From assembly GCF_009914755.1 (NCBI RefSeq), contig NC_060934.1: DNA of 64,000 bases. One strand, given 5' to 3'. The DNA is from the human T2T-CHM13v2.0 reference genome, Homo sapiens. The notes under the pieces are model-generated. The model was given only the letters and a program-made list of their open reading frames with translations, did no database searches and had not been told where the DNA came from. Shown here piece by piece: positions 13,432 through 24,545 of the stretch. Position 1 is the first letter of the stretch. Each line of letters begins with the position of its first letter. The translations under genes were made by a program, and so were the position numbers.

Positions 13432-13569
13432 TGTGTGCATGTGCATGCATAAGTGTGTGTGTCTGTGTGTGCGTGCATGCGTATGTGTGCCTGTGTGTGT
13501 GCATGTGTGTGTGTCTGTGTGTACGTGTGTGTGTGTGTGTCTGTGTATGTGCATGTGTGTGTGTGTGTG
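13432..13569. repeat. Compound (TG/CA/CG)n alternating purine-pyrimidine tract
   Basis: Directly visible ~140 bp of tgtgtg/tgcatg/cgtg. Confidence 0.93.
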
Positions 13570-15009
13570 TCTTCCTCTGCTTATAGGACATGAGTCCATC
13601 CATTGAGGAGCCTTGTGCATTTCATATCTCTTGGTGGTTTCTGACAAATATAAGCCATTGGCAGGTGAGATCATATTCCAGTCAAGGTCAATTAATCGTG
13701 CAGAAGTCATGATATTTGGGAAGCCAAGGTCCTTCTCAGTGGCAGTGCTAATGCAGGTTCTGTGGCTGAAATTCCAGCTCCTTTTGGAGAAGGTCTCTTG
13801 CTCACATGCTTAGTTGTGTGTGTATGTCCTTCCCCTTCCACTCGGCCCTTTAAGAGGAAGGGGCTCAAGGTAAGAGATGCTCTGCAGTTGGAAAGTTCTT
13901 TTGAACCCTGTCTCCTCCCTGAAAGGCATTAAGGAATATGGATTTGAGTGCTATAGATGCAAGATAATTTTGCTGCTCCTCACCTCCCTTGGCAGCCTTC
14001 ATTAGAGAAGTAGGGAATTTGCTTAGCTCATATCACATTGTACAGGCCTGTTGTGGCTGGAAGGGAACCCTAGTTAATTAATATGAGAAATTTGTTTTGT
14101 ATCCCTGGTAAAAAAGACGGTGCAGGTTGGTGTTGTCAGCAGAAGCTGCTTGTCACTTTGACCTCTTCTGTTAAGTGTTTGATGTGTTTTCTCAGAGTAA
14201 TCTGTGAATAACATTATAGCCCAGCCAGAAGAGAAACCGAGGGAGCAATAGCAGAATTAATATCTGGGAGCGTTGATAATTATATATCAGAATCTAATTT
14301 TTAGCACAGAAAATGTGTTAATGACAGAGAGGAAAACAAAAACCACTAGCTTCTCCCAGCAGGCCCCAAAGTGTCATTTATTATTTCTCAGCTGGATATC
14401 TATCAAGTTTATGGGTTAATTTTTCTGTAGACTGTTATTTATGGGTTTTTGTTTGTTTTCAGCCATCATTACTAACAATACGGTTAATAGCAATCATTTG
14501 TTATCCAGTACTAGGCGTGATGCTTCAGATGAGAGCACTGAACTGAGAATACTCATTTGGTAGCTGAATAAGGCCCTGACAGGGCCCATTTATAACAAGC
14601 TCATTCTATAATGTCCATCCTATTAATAAAATTTTGTTGCTGTCTAATTAGAGATGTCTGATGTGTATAGGAGCACGGCAGAGGAGACTTTTTGCTGCTG
14701 CCTTTTTCCCCCCGCTTCCCCTGGTCTCTTCTGTCATAACCAGAGCCCATCTGGGCATGTGGGTTCGAGAAACAAAAGGAACGAAAAGTGAGCTGTGGCT
14801 GCAGGTTCTGGGTTAAATGTGTGGCCAAGGAGTGGTGTGAAGACTGAAACGCAGGGAGGTCTTGCATGCTCCCAATTCTCCTCTTTTCTTTTTATCCTGT
14901 GGGTGAATCTGCCTGGCTTAGTCATTTGCAGTTTGCCTCTCAAATTTGCAGTGATGCAAGGTGTGGCAATGGGACGCTGTGATTGATTTCTGAACAGAGA
15001 CACCAAAAC

Positions 15010-15280
15010 TTAAACATCTGAGTGAATGCTTAGTCCTTCAAAGTCATTGCCTTGAAAGGCAACATATTTGTTCCACTATCATTTCTCAAAGCCTTCTGGA
15101 AAGTTCTCTTGGTTTGTTTGTGGAAGCGGTCTCACAGTGTTTTATTCAATAAAAAAGTGAATAGTCTCCCAAAATAAGAATTTGGAATGATGTATTAAAA
15201 CATCAATCTCAAAGTTTGGTGGTCGTCCTTTGGATCAAGAGACTGATTCCCAGTGGATCTTTCAGGCTTCTTTCTTAAAT
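15010..15280. mobile_element. MARNA-like mariner-derived fossil
   Basis: ttcaaagtcattgccttgaaaggcaacatatttgttcca..ctcaaagccttctggaaagttctc resembles recalled MARNA consensus. Confidence 0.45.
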
Positions 15281-15319
15281 TAGAAAGAAGCTTTTGGGAG
15301 AGGTGATGGGATGTGCCCA

Positions 15320-15535
15320 TCTGTTGGACAAGGAGTTGGAATCCTAATGGCTACTTTTAAATCCTGATGCCTTTACTTAGCAGTGGTGTGGTTTGGGGGC
15401 AAGTTCCTGAATTGCTGGGCCTCAGCTTTCTTAGTTGCAAAAAAGCAGGTACTAATCCCTAGAGAACTGTTCAAGGATCAAGTCACATACATGAAAATGC
15501 TTTGCAGGTACCTCCCAAATGCTAGGTATAATTAT
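15320..15535 (+). mobile_element. MIR SINE
   Basis: ggcaagttcctgaattgctgggcctcagctttctt..aaggatcaa..catgaaaatgctttg. Confidence 0.65.
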
Positions 15536-16022
15536 CACTAGTTACAATTCCCTGTTTTTTTGGAACATTGTGTAGAAGAACGTACCCCACTGAGCTCCTT
15601 TAAAGCATAGTCATTTTAATCATAGTTGTGTAAATAGTTTTACTAATTTTATTGCTCATATTTTAAAAACATTTTTTTCCACTCCAAGAGTAAAATTTAA
15701 AGAAATGTATAGCATTGAAAGTTTTTATCATCCTAATCATAGCTTATTGTGAATAGGGGGTAAGAAAAGAGAAGTTTAAAATTCAGAAAAGAAATATTTT
15801 ATGAGTTTGGTGGGTGCTCAAATTATACACCTTTGAATTACAAGCACATACTCAGGCAGAACACTGAAGATTGTTTTAAAATAGTTTTGTTGCTAGGTAA
15901 CTATTTTTTGCTCTTTAATAAGCTTTCCCCCACCCCGTGAAATGTTTTGCAAATGATCTTTTGAATAAAAATGATCATGTAGTATGTTTCTCCCAGCCTA
16001 TCTGTTTGATTTTGAAGGTAAA

Positions 16023-16078
16023 ACACACACACACACACACACACGTATATATGTTATATATGTATACATATATATATA
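16023..16078. repeat. (CA)n(TA)n microsatellite
   Basis: Directly visible. Confidence 0.93.
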
Positions 16079-16459
16079 ACTTGAAAAATTTCCATCCTTA
16101 GCTGGCGATGAAATTGCCCTACGGAGTTCAGCTTGCACAGGCCTGGTAGTCTCCCGCTTTGTCCCATAAACTGCACTTGACTACAGCTTATCAACCCTTA
16201 ATTAGTGCTACATTTTCTCCCTGTGATTTCTATTGATGTGTGGTATGGGAAGCTGGATTGAGCCTCCACCTGACTGGTGTGCAAATTGTTTTAGAAAATT
16301 CAGCAAACATCTCACTCCATTATCCCTACCTCATCCCTCCCCGCCCCCCTTGTTTCTCCCTCCGTGCGTCTTTCTCTCTTCCATTCCCCTCGATAGGAAA
16401 GGTGAAAAGCAGGACGATAGGAATCAGGTTGAGTATTAGTGTTTTTGCTGGTCTGTGCA

Positions 16460-16615
16460 ATAGAAAACGACACGTGGCCGGCTGGGCCCTCCGTCAGCAG
16501 ATCGCGGATCCGGAAGCAGGGAGGTGGCAGCGGGCGGGTGGGGGCGGTTGGGGGGGTGGTGTGGGGTCCCTCGTGGCCTCGGGATGGCTGCAATGTGATT
16601 GTGAGAGCCGGGATG
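16460..16615. promoter_or_regulatory. CpG-retaining GC-rich patch with E-box, ETS and GC-box motifs (candidate enhancer or alternative promoter)
   Basis: CACGTG 16471-16476, CCGGAAG 16510-16516, GGGCGG boxes at 16532 and 16542, many CpGs in non-repeat DNA. Confidence 0.45.
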
Positions 16616-18876
16616 AAGTCAGCACTGACAAAGTGAGGGGATTGATGGATGGACAAAGCAGGGAACTGGATGTGAGAATGGATGAGGGCAGAGGGGGAAT
16701 TTAACACAGACAAACAGAATGAAAGACAGAGAGGAATTGCCTGCTAAAGTATGCCCGCCCTCAGCTCCCACAGCAATTTACTTACTGCTAACTGAACACC
16801 CAAGGACCGTTTGCATCTTTGCAGATTTTCCTACCAGCCGTGGCAGAGGAAAGCTTGCAGATTCCAGCCAGGGTCTGCCAGGCTTTCTTTTTCAGCGTCC
16901 CCCCACCCCCAGCCCCCCAACTACATTCACTGACACTCATTTAATTCAAACTGAGCGGCTGATTATTTCCAATAAGTTCACACAGGGTTTCTGCAGAATA
17001 TGGTTCCTTCCCTTGCCATTATTTTAATGTTTCCACTAAATTTACCTTAATCAGTTATTGTTGCCTTGGTATAGCAAGTAATAATATTTACCTGCTCCTT
17101 TTGAAAATGATGTTTCTGGAAAGGGATCTATTGTTGCTTTAGGGAGGCATGGGATAGTGATAGTAATGCACACTTCTTTTGTGCAGGAAAAAGTTAGTGA
17201 CTTTCTACCTTTACCCAGGCTGTGCATATTACCAAGTGACTCAATATTTAATCTGTAACATTTTACTTTAAGGTAGGAGATGTGTTCTAACCCAAACCCC
17301 AAATATGTTACATTAGGCAAAGAAAGAATTAATTGGGAGAGAAAGAAAAGGTGGATCTTTAATGTATAGTATTGCATATTTTACAATAGATTTATTATTT
17401 ACAGAATGGTTATTTCAGAGAATAAGAGTCTGTGGTTGAAAAGCTATGAGAGATTTGTTAAAATTAATGCAATCGCTGATTGCACAAAACAGCAGAAGAT
17501 AAATTATTGTAACTGAATGCCACACTTAAAGGTATATTTTATATTTAAGATTTTGTTTCCCTACATGGGTAAAGAATGCAATTTCCTGAGACCAGTTGAT
17601 TCAAAGGTCTTGAATAAGAATTAGTGTTTTTAAAATTCCAAAATAGAAATCTAAAAATACAAAACAACACAAGAATTGTTTGAAAAATGAATAGGGAACT
17701 TATCCCAGGTTAGTACCATTTAAACTTAAGTGTGGTGGTTTCAAAATGAGCCACAGACTTTTTAATACATTCAAGAAACCTAGAATCTTATAAAGTTTGA
17801 GAGTCTTCTTTTCCTTTGGGAATACAGTGAAGGAAACTTTGTATTTTAGGATTGATGCTGATGGATCTAGTACTTCCTTAATCCACTTTCCACCCCAGAA
17901 TAAGGTTTGTCCCTTTCCTTCTCCCTCCCTGTCTCTCCCTTCTCTCCCACCCTCTCTCTCTCTCCTCTCTCCCCAAATAAATGTCCTGGCAAAAGGAAGA
18001 GTCCCTGAATTGTTTTGCTCTGTGTCACAACAACATTTTATTTTTCTTAAAGTTTGCTGGTTTACATGTCCACACACCTGGTTTTGAGGCAGGTATTTTT
18101 CTTGTGCCACTTATTTCTCTCCTCCATAAAGTCTCCCTCCAAACAAAGACTTGTTATCTGAGGTAGGAACAGAGTTCTAAGAAATTTCAGCCCTAGAAGG
18201 CCCCCAGAATGCATGAACAGCTGCCTTCACAATTAAAGCCAAGGTCTTGGGAGAAGGGCTGTGGACTTGCTAGAAATGATGAATGGGAGTTAAAAAAAGA
18301 AATTAATAAGTTATCTATTGCATGGAGCTCCATGAGACATATTTTCAGATATGGCATAGATTATCTATCACTCTGACAATGTTCAAAAGTAGATTTGTCC
18401 TCGTGCTCACACCCATGTTCCTTGTGCAGATGAAAGGCTGTGGCAGCCTGGAAGCCATGCTACCCTCCTGTGCACATCCAGCGTCATTTGGGGATGATAT
18501 GAGTTCAGAGCTGGCTAACTGCTTGGATATTATATTGTATATTAATCCCGGTATTGAGTAATTTTTCAAAGGTTGAAAATTTTGACAAGTGGTAGAATTA
18601 AGTTTACTAAAGCTGGCTCATACATGGCCCAGAAATAACAGCTCAATGGAACAGATCACATAGATTTCTGGTTCTTTTTGTAGTATGGAAACTTGGGGTA
18701 TCCCCGTTCCCCAGTTGGTGGCAGTCTCCCAGATTTTCTCTGTCAGTCTCATGCTGTTGGGCATTTAGGCTACTTAAATTTTTTTCCTATATAAATGTAA
18801 CTGTGAGAAACTTTGATCTAATTGGCAATTAATAACAATTTGATTTTTTTTTAATTATGAGGGTTACATTTTCCAT

Positions 18877-19010
18877 CCCTCCTTCCCTTTCTCCCTTTTC
18901 TTTTGTTCCCTTCCTCCTTCTTTCCCTTCCTCCTTCTTTCCCTCCCTCCCTCCCTCCCTCCCTTCCTTCCTTCCTTCCTTCCTTCTTTCCTTCCTTCCTT
19001 CCTTCCCTCC
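18877..19010. repeat. Polypyrimidine (CCTT/CCCT)n tract
   Basis: Directly visible. Confidence 0.93.
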
Positions 19011-19384
19011 TGGAAATCTTTGAAGAAAGAGTGATAACTCTTCTCACACGTAGAGCCATGATATGTGGAGACAGGTCAAGGGGAACTGGTTTCTTTTTGC
19101 CTTTACTGGGAGTTTTGGAGCTTCCATGATATTCACATCCCGTTTGTCAGCGTATCTCATGACTCACTACACCTGTGTTTCACAGAGGCTGGTCTCCAAG
19201 TGCAGGAGCCCGATTCCTCAGTGGTGCTGAGACGGTGAGGGGCTGCGGTACGTGCGGGCAGCGTACCATTCCCCTTGTGTATTCTCTTACGGTCAATATG
19301 GATCTTACTGGTGCATCCCTCCAAATCTCTTGGACTTTTCAGTCTTTAAGTTGGATGGTAATAAACAAAAGAAAGTTTGTTATA

Positions 19385-19810
19385 GTTTTGTTTTATACCT
19401 CTCAATTTATTTCAATCATTTTTCCTTATTATAAAGACAATATATATTCACTGTAGAAAGTTTGCAAAGATCAAAAACTTCTGAATAAAAAAAAATCTGT
19501 ATTCCTACCAGAAGGTCCCACCACTAACATTTTGTTGTAAATCTTAACTGCCTTTTTTTTTAAATACATATATATGTGACATTTTTGAAAACTAGGATCA
19601 TTCTATAATCTTACTTTGCAATATGTATTTGCACATATCAATATGTATTTTGAGCATATTCTCATGTCATTAATAATTCTTCTGAAACATGGTATTTAAT
19701 AGAGACGCACAGTATTTAGCCAAGTATATTTTGCCAGTCTTAAATTTTTGGGCATTTAGCCTATTTAATTTTTTTTTACCTATATAAATATAGCTGTGAG
19801 GAACTTTGAT
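19385..19810 (-). mobile_element. Old L1M (L1ME-like) 3' UTR fragment
   Basis: atattcactgtagaaagtttg, ccactaacattttg, ggatcattctata, ttgggcatttag, tagctgtgaggaac. Confidence 0.6.
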
Positions 19811-20414
19811 CTAATTGATAATTCATAATATTTTATTGTAGTTTTTTAAATGACTGAGAGTTATCTGTCTCTCCTTCCTTCCCTTTTTCCCTTCCTCTTC
19901 CCTCCCTTTTCCCTCCCGCCCTCCCTCCTCTTTCCTCCCTTCTTGAATTATAAGCACTTGATTGATCATAGTTTTGGAAGACCAATGTCTGCTCCATATG
20001 AGTAGTTTAGAGAATGTAAATTGTTCATTAAATCATTACAGTCTTTCAGTATTGTTAACAACATCAGTATCACAATCATCTACTTTAGAATCACGAATGT
20101 TAGAATCTATCAGTGCTAGAAGAGGCATGCTGGAAGATGCAGCCTTCCAGTGGTGAAGGAGCCTCAGGACCCACTGTTGGGGCTAAGCACCTGCTACAAC
20201 CAGAGCAGCTCCACTTTTAGGGTTGCACATGAATTTCCTTTCTTCTTTTCTTTTGAAGTAAACTCTACTGCTACACAGTTAATCTAGTCTACCTCCATTC
20301 CTCCCATAGATGAGGATACTAAAGCTTAGAAATGTTAAGTGACTGACATCTTTTGCAATTCTTTGTCCCCTGAGGAGAGATTTTGAATTGAGGGTGGCAC
20401 TTAGGTCCTTGGCG

Positions 20415-20550
20415 ATATCATGAGCTGGCAAATTAACCTTGGAAACCTTTTATCTTTGGACTTCTTATGTTGCTATATAATAAACCCTCGTTGTTTATGC
20501 CACCCTTAGTTGGGTATTCTGTTACTTGCAATCTAAAGCATCCTAAAGGG
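20415..20550 (+). mobile_element. MLT1J/K-type LTR 3' fragment
   Basis: tggacttctt..aataaaccctcgttgtttatgccac..ttgggtattctgttacttgca. Confidence 0.6.
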
Positions 20551-22231
20551 TAGAAAAATCTCAGAACAATGCTTTTTGTCCAATGCATTTGAATTAAGAT
20601 CTGCTCAAATGTTTCTTTGCCTGCAAGACTCTCTTCAACACTCTGTGTTCAATAAGACAAAGGGGGAACTACAACTCTGACATTGATTAAAAGTGTTGCA
20701 TACCTTTAGGTTCAAGCTAGTGGGTGGCCTCAGCTTCCATTCTGTGCATAGGAAAGGAGACCATGGGGGTTCGATGGTGCCACTTGGGAGGGCCCTCCTC
20801 CCTGCCTCCTTCTCATGTGTCTCTTTTGCTCAGGTCCATCTTCATAAATGGTAATTTCAGGAGCCCATTTACTCCACATAAAAGGTGAGTGACTCCGTTT
20901 ATAATAAATCTCAGTGTGGTGTGCAAGCTATCATTCCCTTCATTTGACCTTGGTGGAACAGGCTGATGGGGCAGCGAAAAGTATGATATGAAAAATGAGG
21001 GAGCACAGCAAAGTGAGCAGTGAATCAGTCTTGTGTGTGATTAGCTGTGAAAAATCTCACCAACATGACTCAGAGTCACTTTTTCTTTTCTCTCTTTTCC
21101 CATCCCCTTTCTCTCTCCCCATAATATCTCACCAGCCACCCCTCAAATGAGCTTTCCTGCATGTGACTGCCATGTCTGCACCAGTAGCCCTCAGATCCTT
21201 ACAGGGCTTCCTGGATTGTGAGGTCTGGGCTAAGGGAAATTAGGCTCAGAGGAGGAAAATATTTTGGGGCAGGGGGTTGGAAGAGGGCTAGTGGAGCTCA
21301 GCTGAAGCCTTGGGGAGTCCCCCCCAGGGGCACGTTGAGAAGATGTGAGTGTGACAGAATGACTTCAGCAGGCATTGTAAATCTGCAGTCATACCTGAGG
21401 ACTCAGTGACTCATGGTTGAGGTCTCCATCAGCTCCATTTGCAGAGTCAAGCCCTATAAAAACAGGGCGATGGGATGGTAAATCAGGCTTCCTGGGGAAT
21501 CGTGGGATCCTGCAACAGAAGGCTTGAGCACATAAAACGGAAGCTTGCCTTTAATGGCACGGCCCTTATTGCCACGCTGCAGAGGCCACCTTGGTGGCAC
21601 AGCGAGGAGCTTTGGGAGGAGAATTTCCTGCTGCAGCTTGTCTCTTCTGGGGATGCTGTCCTTCGATGTCCTCTTGGTGTGACATCTGTGGGCCAGGAGG
21701 CAAGGAGGGTGATGAGTGGCTGTAGATGCTCCATGTGGTTAACCTCACCAGATGACTTCAGCTACCTCATTAATGTCCCTGCACAAGCTGCAGTTGCTGC
21801 CTTCCTCCCCTTTAAAACAGAGCACATGTGTTCATCTTCAGAACCAGCAGAGGGTAGAGTGTTCATGGAAATTGGGCCCCTGCTAACAAGTCCTCTGATG
21901 GGAATGATGGAAATATTCTTTGTTCATTATATAGTCTGTAGCATGTATTTTCTGACCACCGAGTAGTTCATTAGTTCAGCCATATCGCACCAACATTTGC
22001 CCTACTTATTGGACATAACATTAATTATGATTATTTTTAGATTTTTAAAGTGTTTTATTGCCTCAAAATGTAGTCCCCAGCTAGTGAGGAAGGAAAGCTT
22101 CCTAGTGGATGAATTAAGTGAGTTTATAAGAGTGCTTTGTAATCTGCTTTTCATTTTTTCCTGTATAAATGGATACTGATTTTTCTGAAGGTGCTCAGAC
22201 ATGACCCTTCAATCTTATTTGCACCATTTAC

Positions 22232-22680
22232 TATCTATCAATTGTTGCCACAATGATGCTGCTTGACAAAATGCCCCAACACCTAGTGGCACTCGATCAG
22301 CAATTATTATCATGCTCACAGTTTGTGGATTGGCCGTGGAGACTCTGCTTCATCCTGCAGGTCTGTGGGTTGGTTGAGCTGTTCTCTTCTGGGTGTTTCT
22401 ATTTTGTCTGGAACCAATGGGCTTTCCAGGCAAGTTGTTCTCAGTTCAGGTCAGAGACTTGGAGAGGGCAGAGGAAATATGTGAGGCCTCAAGGAAGGCC
22501 TAGACTCAGCCAGCCCATTGTCATTTCAGTCTACATTCCAGGACCGAATGAAGTCTTGTGGCCAAGATCATCATCAGTGGGTTAGGGATAGATACTCTGG
22601 TGGTAGGAAGTACAAACTCACAAGGCAGAGGGCCTAGGAGCAGGAGAGTGAAGAATTGAGAAGGATTTCATAATGCACCA
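22232..22680 (-). mobile_element. MLT1 (H/I/J-type) LTR
   Basis: tgccacaatgatgctgc..ccccaa..agtggc, atgtgaggcctc..aaggcctagactcag, gtggccaag..atcagtggg, gagtgaagaattg. Confidence 0.65.
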
Positions 22681-23284
22681 TTATTTGTTTATTTAGTCAA
22701 CATGTAATTTATGAAACACTTGTCATGAGCCTGGTTAGGTTTTCCATCAGAAATCAGACAGAATTCAACTTCAGCCTTTTCAAAACTTCCAAATGTGTTA
22801 GGTGATTTAATAAGGTTTTACTGTAAAAACAGAGTAGGTATTTAGTAAAGGTATAAAAAATTAAAAGTGGAATTTGAATACATAAGAATAATGAGTTGTT
22901 GAATATCACTTCCATGTTTGTGTGTTCTTGGTTACTATAGTCATATTAACCGTCATGTTAATGAGTGGTTGTTGTAGATACAAAGGATAAATATCTAAAA
23001 GAGGACAAATATCTCAGTCAATAACCATTTACTCCTATCCTGGGTCTTAGTTGTTAATTTCGGTTATATGACTTGAGCTTGTAGAATAAAGTGAAGCAGA
23101 TTAACAAATCATCAGAAAGATCCCTAAGAGAGTTAAAAAGAAAAACAGATTAGGGTAAATTTTCATTTGGCATTAATTTCCCCAAAGATATAGTCCTACA
23201 GCAAACATTGCAAGATTGACAATTGTGTAATAGATGCATAACATGTCCAAACAGTTAAGCTGTTCTTCAATTAACACCCAGCCC

Positions 23285-23640
23285 TGTCATGCCATATGTA
23301 CTACTGAGTTTAAGAAGGATGCAGATTTGGCAGAAGTCCAGAGGAACCATAGCAGTAACAATGATTGGTGAGATGATGTATCTGAAGAGCTTTTTGGGGT
23401 TGGCATTATTTGCCTAAAGAAGAGAAGCTTGAAGGATATTCCTCAGGTGTACCAGGAGTGGTTTTGTGTGACAAGGTAACCAGCTGTTCTCCATCTTAAC
23501 CATGATGTGAATAAAAAGAAGTTTCACAATTTACCATGTTTAAATTAAGTTAGACCTGCAGAGAACTTCTTTCACTTGTTACATTCTGTAGTGGTGTCCC
23601 AGAATTGTTTCTTAGTCGTAGAGTATTTCTCCAGGGTGGA
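23285..23640 (+). mobile_element. CR1/L3 LINE fragment (RT C-terminal region)
   Basis: Translates in pieces as FKKDADLAEVQR and GIICLKKRSLKD, compare CR1 FKKDIDKLERVQR..GLFSLEKRRLRGD. Confidence 0.65.
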
Positions 23641-24369
23641 TTTAATTTTTAACTTTTGAACAGGAAAGAGGTTATTTTCCCTAGAGTTGGTCATGTGTTA
23701 TTCTCCCTGGGGGCCAAGAAGCAGAATCTTTCTGAAAACCTGTTTCTGGATGTTGAGGGAGAAGGTAGGGTTTGCACAGCATTGTGGGATTGTGGGCTGA
23801 GGTAATGAAGTGTTCCGCCTCCTGTTGCCGTGGGATGGCCATGGCCTACCCAGTCTGAGGGGACAGCTTGTCGGTTCTATTACAGAGAGCAGTAAAGAGT
23901 CTTTAAGAACTTTAATTTCCACAAGAAATGGAAGGCCTACTTTCCCAATTACTTTATAAGCTGGATATGGTAGGAGATAATCTAAGAGTTTTGCAGGGGA
24001 TGTTCCCTGGATGTTTTAATGTTGGATGGTTCACGTGGAGCCCTCATAATTCAGAGATTGAAGCCAAAGTGCCTCTGTGTACCTAAAGTACACATTTACA
24101 ATATCTTTCTTCTCTATTTAAAATAAAACCCAAAATTTAACAAGAGAAACGGCAAACTTCTTGTGTTGTTTTCTACTTAACCCTGAATTACCATACATCA
24201 TACTCTAAGATTGTTTTCCTAAATTTGCAGTAATATAGATTATTGAGTCTATGTCTTACATAATCCAAAATTTGAGAATCCTGAGACGGCACATCAAATC
24301 TTAGTAAAATAAGAAAATTATATACATGGGAAGGAAGGGAAAATAAGCAGCAAATAAGATGGGGTGAAA

Positions 24370-24545
24370 AGGAGGCATCGTGGCATTACGGAGAGAACAC
24401 ACGGGCAGGAGACTGAGGATTTCATTTCTCCATCACTAATTGCATAATCTTATGTGAGTCACTTAACAACATATCGTGATTCTTCCATCTATGAAATAAA
24501 AGGCTTGCATTAGGTCATCTCATGATTCTCTCCAGTTCTAAAATT
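24370..24545 (+). mobile_element. MIR3-like SINE
   Basis: ggaggcatcgtggc..gagtcacttaac..ccatctatgaaat..taggtcatctc..ccagttctaaaatt. Confidence 0.65.

Noticed and set aside
13254-13710. His/Thr- or Val/Cys-rich ORFs (also 32350-32655, 41018-41264)
   Set aside because: Translations of CA/TG microsatellites
13855-13869. 15-nt microexon candidate (ttaag|..AAG|gtaaga); also a 28-nt candidate near 38485-38512
   Set aside because: Weak acceptors; such pseudo-exons are common in long introns
21475-21966. 163-aa ORF in unique sequence
   Set aside because: No recognisable domain or convincing splice context; length is compatible with chance in 64 kb
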